Assembly (NCBI RefSeq): GCF_964204865.1 | Contig: NC_135251.1 | Location: 19,282,001 to 19,346,000 of the forward strand | Origin: Styela clava | Lineage: Eukaryota | Reading direction: 5' to 3' | DNA length: 64,000 bases | Shown: positions 40,171-53,787 of the stretch, piece after piece | Numbering within the stretch: the stretch's first letter is position 1 | Layout: every line of letters begins with the position of its first letter | Position numbers and translations under genes: made by a program | The notes under the pieces: generated by a model | Seen by the model: the letters and a program-made list of their open reading frames with translations, nothing else | The model's database searches: none | Told to the model about the DNA's origin: nothing

Positions 40171-41436
40171 AATAATTAGAACCGTAAATTACAATCCTGA
40201 CAATCCAAATCAACTCATAATAAGCCCGGCTAAGTCCTCCTTGGGCGAAATCATTGAATGAACCACAAGCGCCGCTAATGGCGAATAGCCCTTTTTCGTG
40301 TTGATATCATTGTTGTGAAAAAATCGTTTTTCCATTTGACTACTGAACAAATTGCTTTGGAACTTTCAGTGGTTGAAGATTATTGTTTTCGCTAGAAGCC
40401 TATTACTTTTATTTGATCCCAAATATTCTATCAATAATATGAGATGTGATATTCCACCCAACATTTTGCAGTGGAATTTTCATTCATGGGAACACGGTTT
40501 TTATTCCACCAAGCGTGACGACTGCCTTCCGCTCTGACCAAAGTGACAATAGTCACCTTGGCTCTGACTTTCGAACTCGTGCTACGCGACAATCGAAGTT
40601 TTTCTATACCGGAAACGCGCAGTAGACTAGGTACGTTAAGTTAAAGTACTGTAACATATCTGATACTACAGTTGTGAGGCGAATAATTTGGTATTTTAAT
40701 ACAAATTTGCACAATACGCGTAAATCATCATCGTCGCACGACGATGGTAAAGCTAGGATAGTACGGGTACTACCAGTATATGATTTATTTCGTGTTGGTC
40801 TTCGTGTGCAACGTTTGTACCTATAGTATATGCGAATTCCAGTGCCTGTTAGTAATCATTGGAATTGGAATCATTCGAATAATAGACTTATCAAAGTTTT
40901 AGTTCACGAAATTTTTAAAGATTCAAGAATAATTTCCTTATTGGACACGAAATGTTAGAAAGATAAAAGACGAACTTATAGGACATTCAAATTTCTCCAC
41001 TCCTGATTTTTTGATGGAAATGTATGGGCGGTTACGCAAAATATAAAATACTATTTTTCGGTAATTGCCGGGTTTCGGGAATGGTGACCAAGGTTTTCTA
41101 ATAAGGGAAGTGACTCCCTTAAAAACTTTTGCTTCAAATTTCGGGTACAAGTTTTGCACACTAGATCGGCCACAGCAGATGCATTACAATGTTTATAGCC
41201 ATGTTTGATTGTTTGTCTGAGCCACAGAAGCAGCTACACAAATTATAGTTGTTCGGTCACTTTTGCGTTGATAATGATTGGTAAAAAAACAAGGAAGCTA
41301 TACTCGAAAATATGAACACGAAAAAGTGATAGCCTTCCAGCGAAAATACAATCTCTAACCACTGAAAAGTTAACGAGAAAAGCGATTTTTTTCATAACGA
41401 TAAGAAGAAAAATACCAAAACAACATCACAATATTA

Positions 41437-41672
41437 ACAAGAGAGCTATGCTCAAATATATGGACACGTAGCGCCACCTAGTGGGAATAATTTTGATGAC
41501 GTCATAGCGAAAAAAAGTAATAACCTTCTGGAGAAAAATTTTATTTTCAACCGCTGAAAATTGGTCAAGCAATTGGTTCTGTAATCGAAGGGAAAAGCGA
41601 TTTTGTAAAAACGTGTCAAATAACAAGAACAACATAACAACAAAACGATCACTATGTCCACTACGTGTCCAA
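41437..41672 (+). mobile_element. Dispersed repeat family 2, short copy
   Basis: AACAAGAGAGCTATGCTCAAATATATGGACACGTAG ... CTACGTGTCCAATA, with subterminal inverted repeat GGACACGTAG/CTACGTGTCC. Confidence 0.55.
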
Positions 41673-41840
41673 TATAGTCCGGCAGGTAAGGGGACCTTTT
41701 TGGCCCAAGTTTGATTTCAGACATAAAGTTTTTTTTATTTGTGATTATTCATCTTGGGGTCATTGCCAATCATTTCTACATGGGTGTGGAGTTTGCAGCC
41801 TTGAGCAATTTTTTTTACGGCTCGATATTTGTATTTGTTT

Positions 41841-42509
41841 GTATTAGTGTTTTTCGTCAAACCTGTGCATCATAATGACGCACAACCTGAACCATAACCT
41901 GTTACAATACTATGTTCAGGTTGTGCGAAATCTTGGTGCACAAACTACGCGAGCACCAAATTTACTAGGAAATAAAATCCATAACTTTTAGGTATTTGTT
42001 GAGATATTGGTATTAGTGTTTTTCTTCAAACTTGTGCATCATAATGACGTACAACCTGAACCATAACCTGTTACAATACTTTGTTCAAGTTGTGCGCAAT
42101 CTTGGTGCACAAACTACGCGAGCACCAAATTTACTAGGAAATAAAATCCATAACTTTTAGGTATTTGTTGAGATATTGGTATTAGTGTTTTTCTTCAAAC
42201 TTGTGCATCATAATGACGTACAACCTGAACCATAACCTGTTACAATACTTTGTTCAAGTTGTGCGCAATCTTTGTGCACAAACTACGCGAGCACCAAATT
42301 TACTAGGAAATAAAATCCATAACTTTTAGGTATTTGTTGAGATATTGGTATTAGTGTTTTTCTTCAAACTTGTGCATCATAATGACGTACAACCTGAACC
42401 CTAACCTGTTACAATACTTTGTTCAAGTTGTGCGCAATCTTGGTGCACAAACTACGAAAGCACCAAATTTACTAGGCAATAAAATCAGTAACTTTTATGT
42501 ATTTGTTGA
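41841..42509. repeat. Tandem satellite, 169-bp unit, ~4 near-identical copies
   Basis: GTATTAGTGTTTTTC recurs at 41841, 42010, 42179 and 42348. Confidence 0.95.
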
Positions 42510-45207
42510 ACCCAGCTTTGGGTCGCGACCCATATAGAGAAAAATACTGTTGAAACGTACGCGTAAAATAAAGAGTACTATTTCAAAATACCCTCTATTG
42601 TTGCAATTAACAATACGAGCCTGCTAATGCAGTCGCTAGTGGTTCAAGTGGATATACATCCGGTGGAGAACAGTCAATTATTTGTTAGCGAGAATTGTTA
42701 TGCAGCGGGATGATCACGACGACGCATTGAAAGATGATAATATCACGAGAACAAGAATGAGAAAATTGCTACATTTTATAGTATTTCCCTGGGAAAGAAT
42801 GTAGTTCATTCTTATGTTCCATGCCAACTCTCGACACTTTTGCTTCTTCTCTTCTATAAAAATACATTGTTATTATATATTCGCATTTCCATCAGTTTGT
42901 TTGTGCTCCCAGATAACCGATCAGCGGCCTCCAAGGAGGACGGGGTCCCCTTTTAAGAAACCCTGTCATAAACTAAAAGAGGCGACCGTGCTTCTCTTGC
43001 CTGTTGTCATACTGTCCCTGGAATTCAGTTACAACAAAAAATTCACGAAAACGGTTTTTTAAATTTTATGATTTCATTAATATTCTCAACAATGAATGAT
43101 ATACGGGTGGTAAAATGCCAAGTTATTCCAACAACATGATCATGTTTTGCAATTTACAACCAATATTATGTATGTAACCTTGTTTGACAGAGCCCCAAGA
43201 GCTCTAACTACAAATATCAAAAATGTGAGGCCAAAAAGTCACACTACAACATTGTCAAATGTGCTGTATTCACGATAGATAACAGGTTTACCAAAAAGAA
43301 TTACATGAAAAAAGGTAAAATAAAGATCAATTCAGCAATATCTACTTGGTGATATGCATCTGTTGATGCTTTTATGTGTTTGTTTCGGAAGTTTAATAAC
43401 AGAATTAATTGTGGTTGTTGGGAATGTTTTAAAAAAAGGTTGCATTGAAAAAAGTTTCACAAAATGTCAAGGTTTGATAGTAGTAGAGAAGTGGAAAAAA
43501 TACTCCCATGTTTTTTTCGTTTGATAACCACGCCACAGAACTTCTCCGATAAGTATTGCGAGCAATTGCTAGAGGCAGAAATGCCAAGATGGGATTTCAA
43601 CGCATTGCAAACCAATATTAGCAATTCTTATATATATTCACGCATTCCCATCTGAACAGCGTGAAAAAGATTATACCTATCTACACACTTTAAGAACTAT
43701 GTCAGATGAGCGTCATATTATCGAATATCAGTATAGGAGTACTGCAATGGGAAAAGACATATAAGACGGAACTTTCAGTAGTATGCAATCAAATAATTAT
43801 ATTGTCGAATATATATTTAAAAACATTTCGTCACGCCAACTGCAGTCCAAAACTTTTTGTCTCTGGCTGAGCTTAGATACCGATTGGCACTCATGTAAAC
43901 TGGTAAGACTGTAAGAGGCACGCGATGGAGCAGATAGTAGAAGTATCCATCCCCCAGCCGTCATTTGAGTGGGTACTGCTGTTTTTATTGCAGATGTTAC
44001 TGATCTTTTCGTATTAAAGATTTACTGGCATCACCGATTTAAGGATGTTGAAAACCAACACGCAATATTACAAAACTTACTTTCAACACGCGGTTTGAAT
44101 AAATGAAAAAGCTGAAACTAGTATTCTTTAGAACGGCATACAATTCTATGGAATGAAATCATACAGAAAAGCCTGTCAGAGACCTATAGCTCAATAATCA
44201 AGTGGAATTTGATGCATGTGCGCAAGCGCGTTGCTACGTACAACCGAAGCACGCAGGAAAATGTGTGTGATGTATTAGTATTCACAATGTTTGACTAAAC
44301 TATGTTGGCATAACAGGTGCACATCTCGGTTTCGCCTACGCATACCTTCTATATCCACAAGGATATATTGCTCCCAAGCGCTCCTGAAGTATTCGAACCA
44401 AGATGACGCACAACCTGAACATTGTATGTTTACCAGATCAGGGTTCAGGATGTACGTCATTTTGATACGAATACTTTAAATCCACCTAAAAAAATTGCTC
44501 AACAATATATACTGCACACCCACCTGGGTATCATTATATATGTCATCTACATTATATCTAAACAATAAAAAAACTTTATGTCCCAAAACAATGTTAAGAC
44601 CCGATTCTGCCGGACTAATAATGATATCAAAACGATTAATTTCTAAATTTCGTGTCCAACGGCATAGTAACAAAACGTTAGATGATAGATGGACCGTTTC
44701 GTGTCCAATAACAAAAGTCTTTATGCCAGCTTTTTCGAAACTTTTTGTTCATGCGCCGCCAAATTATCAGTGAAATACACGAAAAAACGCTGCTCCTAAA
44801 TAAATCTCAATTTTGGGATCGTTAATGTGTACTTCATTCCTTTAAAAGTTTGTAAAGATGTAGGCCTAAGAATTAAAGGCAAAAGGTCAACTCTTCTCCC
44901 TTATCTCTGCCTAATTTTCCTTCGAAATGCCTAAACAATCACTCATGTTCGCCATACTCGGTTCAGCAAGTAAAAAAAGGGCAGCTCACAAAATTGTAGC
45001 AAGTATTGTCTACTATGTTACGTAACAATAGATACGGACACTGCTTAACAGAACGTAAACGCCATAGAAAGACAAAACGAATTTATTGATTCATATTCAC
45101 AACATTTAAGATAAGAAACAATAAAACATTTACAATAAATACCATATGTAAAATATTCATTCATATTTTAGCTAAGTTTAACACAAATTGGTCTTTGGTC
45201 CGCTGCT

Positions 45208-46362
45208 TTATGCGGTTTCCTCACACCGCGAACCAACGTGTTTGTTTGTTTCCGTCACAAAGCCCCCTGTCTGCGGCAGAGGAGTTAACTTGTTAGGGGT
45301 GTCAGTAACCTTGTTTTGTTTCCTCAGGGAGAAAGCTGTCAATATTTGCCATCTATCTTTGAATGTCATGAATATGCAAATGACATCGACAAAAAGCATA
45401 ATATCTAATGTTGCCGCGCGGATTGAAAAAGGAAAGTGTTTTGGAATTAAGAAGGAATTAATCACAATAAATATGATGTCCGTGAAAACAGCAACACATG
45501 TCCAAGTCAGTAAACGCCGAATAGCCTTTTGTATTTTACCAGGCTTCGAAGTTCCTGTATTGCATAAAAGCGTGATCCATTTAGAGCCTTGGTTTCTTGA
45601 TTTGTAATCCATGGCATCCTTCACGACTGGGTAAACGAACAAGCCAAGAAGGCCGAATTGAGCTAAGACCCCCGGAAGGTACATGATAGGAAACAAGTGT
45701 ATCATTTTGCTTTCAATTACCACACATCCTTGTGATATCGGCTCTTGACGATCAAATATAATAAATATATTTATAAGTAGAATCAAATGCGTAGAAAGCG
45801 TCGCAAATATTCCCCAACTCAAAAAATTGATGAATTTTCCTGTAGTCAGGCTTTGATTATAAACTATTTTTTGTCTCACCCATAAGAAGCAATAAACAAG
45901 ATATATTATAATCAAGTAATAAAACTTTGCCACAGTACCTACTACATTACATAGAAATAAAGAGTTTGCACCTCGAGGTGCCCAGATGTATACTTGCGTT
46001 ATCATGAATTTTTGAATGAGTAATACTGGAACTATCGTATAAATAGTGTGCAAAAGTCTTCCATTGAAAAAGCTTGTCGTTTGCCTGCTTTTCCATTTCC
46101 CATTCTGGATACAGTAGAAAACAAAACTCGCTAACAGCCAGCAGCATAGTAAACAGAGAATTGCTTCAACTGCTTGTGATAACGCCAGTAATACATTGAT
46201 CAAGTAATCGTTCGAATCTCCATCGCTAATGTTGAATGTTTGATTTGATGCCGCTGTCGAATTATCTTCCATAAACGTTTTGTTTGTTGCGGATTCGCTG
46301 GAATTCCAACTGCCATTGTTCAGCATCTGATTTGTAGCGACCGTTTTGTTTCCAAAATTCAT
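45208..46362 (-). CDS. Orphan intronless 7TM receptor-like protein, copy A (384 aa)
   Basis: Seven N-glycosylation sequons in the N-terminus, seven hydrophobic segments, Cys at the top of TM3 (FLCN) and in ECL2 (QGCV), YCFLWVRQ at the end of TM3, LGLFVYP in TM5. Confidence 0.85.
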   Translation of the reverse strand: MNFGNKTVATNQMLNNGSWNSSESATNKTFMEDNSTAASNQTFNISDGDSNDYLINVLLALSQAVEAILCLLCCWLLASFVFYCIQNGKWKSRQTTSFFNGRLLHTIYTIVPVLLIQKFMITQVYIWAPRGANSLFLCNVVGTVAKFYYLIIIYLVYCFLWVRQKIVYNQSLTTGKFINFLSWGIFATLSTHLILLINIFIIFDRQEPISQGCVVIESKMIHLFPIMYLPGVLAQFGLLGLFVYPVVKDAMDYKSRNQGSKWITLLCNTGTSKPGKIQKAIRRLLTWTCVAVFTDIIFIVINSFLIPKHFPFSIRAATLDIMLFVDVICIFMTFKDRWQILTAFSLRKQNKVTDTPNKLTPLPQTGGFVTETNKHVGSRCEETA

Positions 46363-46801
46363 TCTATTTTACTTTCGTATCAAACGAGGAAAGAAACCGG
46401 ATTCAAACACATAGTATCATATAAAATTTGCTACTAGCAATTCAGTCTTGTACAAGTACTGACAGTGACAGAAAATACCAGGCAAGGCAATATATATTAT
46501 GAAACACATGCGTTAATTAATAATACATTCGTAAAATCTTATTTCAATAAGTAATTTGTTAGCGTCATAGCGCGGAATAGATACCTTAAGTATGTTGATT
46601 TTGTTCTTAAAATCCCAAAGATCTTTTCAATCTTTTATTGATGATTGTTTCTCACATGTGTTATGGATTACTTTTTAACATTTTTTGTAATGCAATTTTG
46701 CGGCATTTGCAGTAAGACATAAATTCATACGCCTTTTTCAACACCGTGTTGCTCTATTCTTCAATTATTTACTGAAAACCGGATTTTTCCTGGCTTCCTA
46801 T

Positions 46802-47480
46802 CAGTGGCGTAGCATCCACCCCCGCAACCCCCGCGGTCGCGGGGGTCCCACAGCGAAAAGGGGCCCCAAGCGGTTAAAATTTAGAAATTTAACCGCAAAA
46901 CCAAAAGCTGCATTGCAAAACCAGTAATGCACATCTTATAAAGTTGATGTTAGTTCTGCTCAAATCGTTTTGTTACGTAACAATGCCGGAGTCGTCGATT
47001 TTCGGCGTCGTGTGGTTTGATCGCACCGGCCACCGGCACAATTACGAAGGCTGTCATGATGTCGAAAGCAAAACCTCTTAGTGGCGCACAAAAACGAAGA
47101 ATAAAGGGCAGAAGAGGAAGGACGTATGAAAAAAAATTAAAGCAACCAAGATAAACGAAATATTTAAACCAAAATTGAAACAATTAGACTTGGGAATACC
47201 GAACGTAACTGAGGAGGAATTAAGTCTAGCGTATCGGTAGAAAACCAGATGCGTGTTCAATCTCCAAAAGTGATGGAGCCGGCGCAAATGAATTTCCTTC
47301 CAAAACTTACACGACAATGATCACAGGTAAGCTACTGATTTTTAAAGCAAATTGAAAAAATTGATATGACGAAGATGGTGGCTGAGTTTGCTAACACGAA
47401 AGCGCAAATTTTAGGTTCCCATAGCCTTTTTATAGCGAAATGTTATGTTTTTTGACGAAATAAAAAAAAACTTTGTTTTA
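46802..47480 (+). mobile_element. Internally deleted hAT-like element (ZMYM1-like transposase remnants)
   Basis: Terminus CAGTGGCGTAGC with a GC-rich hairpin. MSKAKPLSGAQKRR (~47060) and IEKIDMTKMVAEFANTKA (~47350) resemble the extreme N- and C-termini of such transposases, from memory only. Confidence 0.45.
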
Positions 47481-47484
47481 GCCT

Positions 47485-48064
<580 letters not shown>

Positions 48065-48809
48065 TTTTTTTCAACAAGAAATTTATCACATTCACTAATG
48101 GATCCTGAAAAGCAAAAATAATTGCGATATTGTGTCAAAACAGCTGTTAAACAAAGAACACATATTACGCCGCACTGCAAAAGTGTTGATTACCGATGGT
48201 TATTCGTGTTGCGCAATCTGTGACGTCCGTCCCGCTTCATTTTAGCCGCACCTCGTACTATTGAATGAAGGTTCCCGATCGGGTGCCGGGAACCGCAGAA
48301 CAGTTGAAGAGGAACCACAATGCTAGGCGCAAAACTGATTTGACTTTTCCCTTCATAAGAAAACTCTCCGTTCTTCCCAGTTGATAAGGTTATTTCACAG
48401 GGTATTTTCGTCTTGTCGAGCATGAAATGTTTGAACATAATGAGAATAAGAATTTATCAATCAGAATACCGCTGAAATGATAAACAGGGAGCCATGAGTG
48501 CTAAACGCTGTCGGAAGGGGACCACTTGATATAAAAGGTTGGGAACCACTGGTCTAAAGGTACAGTACATTCCCATATCACAAAATTTTCTGCGACACCT
48601 GTGGGCTCGTTAATGCCATAATTATTTAACCGTTTCCATCACGTAATCTGTTTGAGCTGAAATATATTGGGTTTTAAGTAGGAATTCTTAAACGAAACCT
48701 CGGCGGCTAAATGTCAATGCTATCAAGCAATATTGCTAGTTACTTATCGATCTTAAGATCGGTAAGTATGTTAATAGGTATTTGTCTGTTTGTTTGTTTG
48801 TCTGTTAGT

Positions 48810-49978
48810 CAGGGGTGTCAAACATGCGGCCCGCGGGCCGCATGCGGCCCCAGAGAACTCCCAATGCGGCCCTCAAACGCTTAACAATATTTGTAATATT
48901 TTTTAAGCTTTATTTTCATCTAATTGATTATTCACACAAAAAAAGGACAATTTACAGAAAGTAGTTTTGAAAAATTAATTTTTTTATTTGTTTTTAATTT
49001 GATCCAATTATTGATACACTTCAAGCTAGCAAAAAAATAATAATTGAAATAAAAAGCACTTAAGGAACTAAATGTAACGCAAAGTACACGAAGAAAGTGG
49101 CATTTTCGAAAAAAAGATGGTTGCAATATTTCTGTATTTTTAAAAATTCTAAATCACATTGTTTAATTTGACACATTTCTATCAGCACCATGAAAGAATA
49201 TAAGTAAACAATATCAGAATAAGCTCAGCAGTAAATATGACAAATTTGAAGATTAACTTCGAATAGAATATTTTTATGCGTTTGTATATTATTATAATTA
49301 TACAACTACCTAGTTACTAAAAATCAATATATATAAATCATAACCAAAGCGGTCATATGCCAATGGTAGACAATGTGTCTGGCTAGGTATGGTCCGAAAA
49401 GTCAGTCATTACTTTTGTTAACTGATCTATACATGAAATGATGAATGTAATATTTTGCATTACTGAAACTAATCAAACATTCTCAACGATCCAGTATGAC
49501 CGATGATCATGTGACCTCGTTAATAAGAGTTGGTACTGTAAAATCATTTCAGCCCGATATTTGTAAGCTGGTGGCACAAAAGAGATGCCAAACGTCAGGA
49601 CATATGCAATAAAAAAAACATTTGTTAGTATTTTAGGAGTATATATTTAGTTTAGATTTGGTCATTTTTATTATGTATTATTCTTTTATCAAATCTTTGT
49701 TCAAAAATGTTTTGGATAATTGTAAAAAAATAAATTTGCAATAGTAGTGAAATACCAAGAAATTAATATGTGAATGCCATTTGAAATTTCAGAAAATAAC
49801 GAAACTTTATTCGGCTCTTTAATTGCATCACAATATATGTCTTGTTACAAACTACACACGTCTAAAAATATGCTATTAAGTATACATTATCAAAATATAT
49901 CAAAATCTGTTTGCGGCCCTTTGCATAATTCCCAAAATGCAATGCGGCCTTTGAAAACCCACGAGTTTGACACCCCTG
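48810..49978. mobile_element. hAT (Buster-like) non-autonomous element, present only in duplication copy 1
   Basis: TIR CAGGGGTGTCAAAC ... GTTTGACACCCCTG, GCGGCC subterminal repeats, near-TSD TGTTAGT/TGTTAGAT; empty site at ~57187. Confidence 0.9.
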
Positions 49979-50721
49979 TGTTAGATGAACGCAATATCTC
50001 ACGAAAGAGAAGAATCGAAATCGCAGTTTCGATTGATAAGTCTTCGGTCTCCGACTGAGATTCTCGTTAGCATATTAGGAGGTTTTTAGTCTAAATAAAT
50101 AATTAGTAATCCATAACACATATGAGAAACAATCATCAATAATAGATTGAAATCATCTTCGCAATATTTAGGAACAAAATCACTATCCTTAAGGTTTCTA
50201 TTCTGCGACATTACACTAACAAATTATTGGAATAAGATTTCATGCATAATTAATTAGCGCAGTGGTTCCCAATCTTTTTTGGTCGCGGCCCACTATTGAG
50301 CTCTTTAAATATTCGCGGCACACCTATCACAAAACATGAACATCATTATTAATACATTCGTAAAATCTTATTTTAATACGTAATTTGTTAGCGTCATAAC
50401 GCGGAATAGACACCTTGAAAATGTTGATTTTGTGTTTAAATATTCGAAGATTATTTCAATGTAATATTGATGATTGTTTCTCACATGTTCTACGATTACT
50501 TATTATTTATTTAGAATGAAATCTCGTAATGTGCTAACGAGCAGTATTGCTCAATAGCATTGCCATTTAGCCGCCGAGATTTCGTTTACGAATTCTTTCT
50601 TAAAACCCAATATATTTCAGCTTAAACAGATTACGTGATCGAAACGGTTAAATAATTATGGCACGAGCTCACAGGTGTCGTAGTAAATTTTGTGATATGG
50701 GAATGTAATGTAACTCTAGAC

Positions 50722-51035
50722 CAGTGGCTTCCAATCTATTAGGGCTCGTGGCCCCCTTCCGGGGTGTTTTAGCCCTCATGGCCTTCCTGTTTATCATTCC
50801 AGTGGTATTTATAGTGTTATTTTGATTGCTTGATTCTTAACCTCATTATGTTCAAACAATTCATTCACAAATACATGGAAACATCATGTCAAATATCGTT
50901 ATCAAAAAATGGAACTAGGAAGAACTTTTCTTGTAACGGGAAAAGTAAAATCGGTTTTGCGCTTAGCATTGTGACCCCCGTCCAACTGCTCAGTTGCCCT
51001 CATGGAATTCTGCGATCCCCGGTTGGAAACCGCTG
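50722..51035. mobile_element. Old hAT MITE carried in the duplicated upstream module
   Basis: CAGTGGCTTCCAA ... TTGGAAACCGCTG, flanks CTCTAGAC/ACCTAGAC. Paralogous copies at ~52382-52690, ~57938-58255 and ~59614-59927, and inverted at ~48270-48551. Confidence 0.7.
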
Positions 51036-51788
51036 ACCTAGACCTTCATTCATCACCAATGGTGTTCGTGTCTGTGATATATATTTATATGAATTGAACG
51101 CAGTCAGGGGAGTTGAGGGCCGAAGCTCCCATCCTTCTGAAATGCAAATCTATATCGTACATGCAAATCTAAATCGTACATAGATGCTAGATCTTTTTAG
51201 ATCCCCGAGACCCTTGAAAATCCGGACCCGCTAGCTGACACGGTCTAACTTGGCAATTACAATTTTCAGAATCCCTCCTACCCGCTGAAATTTTCTGGCT
51301 ACGCCCTTTGTATGAATACCACCTGCACAGTATCTTCTTCAACAGCCATTTCACCGATGTTGTCATTTGTTCTGAGAAAAAATGGTATTCGCGAAGGTAC
51401 TATTTTCGGTTTGTCTTGACTATAATTAATTCCAATTATCAATATAAAAACCGGTTTGTTTTAGCTAAAAAATTCACTTAATATTTGTTAAGCTAACTCC
51501 TAATATATATAATAATATAGTAGTTGATTAAGAAAAGTACTGGAGCGGTCATAATGGCTAATTTTATTCTTCATTTCGAGGGCGTGATGACACAAATTTT
51601 TTTGTATAATGACGCAATTCTCCGCTGACTCGTGCTTTTTGCCCCGAACAAATCCAGATATAAGTAGCCACTGATATTCAACAATATCTTAAAGAATCGC
51701 ACTGTAGGCGTACTTCACTGTCGCAGTTATCCAAGGAATATAAAGATCTCATTCTCATCCATCTCGTTTGGTTCATTTGGTGAAAGGA

Positions 51789-51875
51789 TTATTGATAGCA
51801 AGTCGGGAAACTGGGATTCCGACTGCCATTGTTCAGCACCTGATTTATAGCAACTGTTTTGTTTCCGAAATTCAT
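51789..51875 (-). pseudogene. 5' stub of the orphan 7TM family
   Basis: Encodes MNFGNKTVAINQVLNNGSRNPSFPTCYQ*. The first ~21 codons and the upstream region are homologous to copies A-C. Confidence 0.8.
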
Positions 51876-53787
51876 TTACTTTGAAAAACATTAAAAATGC
51901 TAAATTCAAACATAGGGTACCATGCAAAACTAGAATTTTAATATTCTGGAAGGATTGATATTGCTAGAGAATGAACGGCAATGCAATACAGATATTATGA
52001 AACACATGCACTAATACTAACTATTAATGCATTCGTAAAATCTTATTTCAATACGTAATTTGTTAGCGTCACAGCGCAGAATAGATACCTTAAGGATAGT
52101 GATTTTGTTCTCAAATATTCGAAGATTTTTTCAATCTATCATCGATGATTGTTTCTCTTGTGTCCTACGATAACTAATTATTTATTTAGAATAAAACCTC
52201 GTAATGTGCTAACTAAAGCTATTGCTTAATAGCATTACCATTTGCGAATTCCTTCTTGAAACCCAATATATTTCAGCTCAAACAAATTAGGCGATGGCAA
52301 TGGTTAAATGATTATGGCATTAACGAGCACACAGGTGTCGTAAAAACTTTTGTGATATGGGAATGTAATGTAATTCTATACCAGTGGTCCCCAACCTATT
52401 AGGGCCCGTGGCCACTTTCGGGGGGTTTTCGCACTCATGGCCTCCCTTACCATTCCAGTGGTATTTATAGAGTTACTTTGATTGCTTGATTCCTAACCTT
52501 ATTATGTTCAAACAATTCATTCACAAATACATGAAAACATCCTGTGAAATAATCTCATCAAGCAATGAAACTATGAAGAACTAGGAGTTTTCTTGTGAAG
52601 GGAAAAGTAATATCGGGTTTGCTTTGTGACCCCCGTCCAACTGCTCAGTTACCTTCTTGGAATTATGCGGTCCCTGGTTGTAAACCACTGACCTAGACCT
52701 TCATTGTGTATCATACATAACGATGATTAGTAGCTTGAAACGCTTTTTAGAACCTCAAGACTCTTGAGAACCCACGTTTTCCGGCCATCGGCTGGACCCA
52801 CTAGAATAGCTGATATGGTCTAACTTGACAATCAGAGAAGTTTTGGCCACCCCCCTATTTTTAAAATTCCCGGCCGAGTCGGAGGTGATGAATACAACCT
52901 GCACATTATCTTTGCCAACAGCTAAGGGAATTTTAACGATGTCATCTCTTGTTCTGAGAAGAAAAGATATTCGTGAAGGTACTATTTTCGGTTTGTTTAA
53001 CTATAATTATTTACAATATAAATATAAAAACTGGTTTGTTTAAGCTGAAAAATTTGACTAATATTTGTTAAGCTAATTCCTAATATAATAATATAGTAGT
53101 TGATTAAAAAAATTCCCTGGGCGATCATAATGGATAATTTTATTCTGAATTTCGAGGGCGTGATGACACAAATTTTTTGTATGATAACGCAATACTCCGC
53201 TCACTCGTGCTCTTTGCCCCGAACAAATCCAGATATAAGTAGCCACTGATATTTAACTTAAAGAAATCGCTCTATAGGCGTACTTCGCTGTCGAAGATAT
53301 CCAAGACAAGCGCGCATTTTAATCTATTTCGTTTGATTCATGTGGTGAAGGGACTATAGATAGGAAGCCAGGAAAAGTCCGGTTTTCAGTGAATCGTTGA
53401 ACAATATAGCAACATGGTGTTGGAAAAGGCGTCTGAATTTACGTCTTACTTCAAATGCCGCAAAATTGCATTACAAAAAATGTTAAAAAGTAATCCATAA
53501 CACATGTGAGAAACAATCATCAATAATAGATAGAAAAGATCTTTGGGACTTTATTAACAAGTCAACATATTTAAGGTTTCTATGGCGCTAACAAATTACC
53601 TATTGAAATAAGCTTTTACGAATGTATTATTAATTAGCGCATGTGTTTCATGATATATATCGCCTTGCCTGGTATTTTCTGGCACTGTCAGTACTTGTAC
53701 AAGACCGAATTGCTAGTAGCAAATTTTATATGATACTTTGTATTTGAATCCGGTTTCTTTCCTCGTTTGATAAGAAAGTAAAATAGA

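Noticed and set aside
41841-42509. CRISPR-like array
   Set aside because: Whole units repeat with no unique spacers, the context is eukaryotic, and there are no cas genes.
50830-51036. Recurrent small ORFs (also 48190-48438, 58044-58256)
   Set aside because: They lie inside copies of one MITE and have indels; there is no coding signal.
51727-51927. 66-aa ORF repeated at 58952-59152
   Set aside because: It is an off-frame reading of the 7TM stub, conserved only because of the recent duplication.
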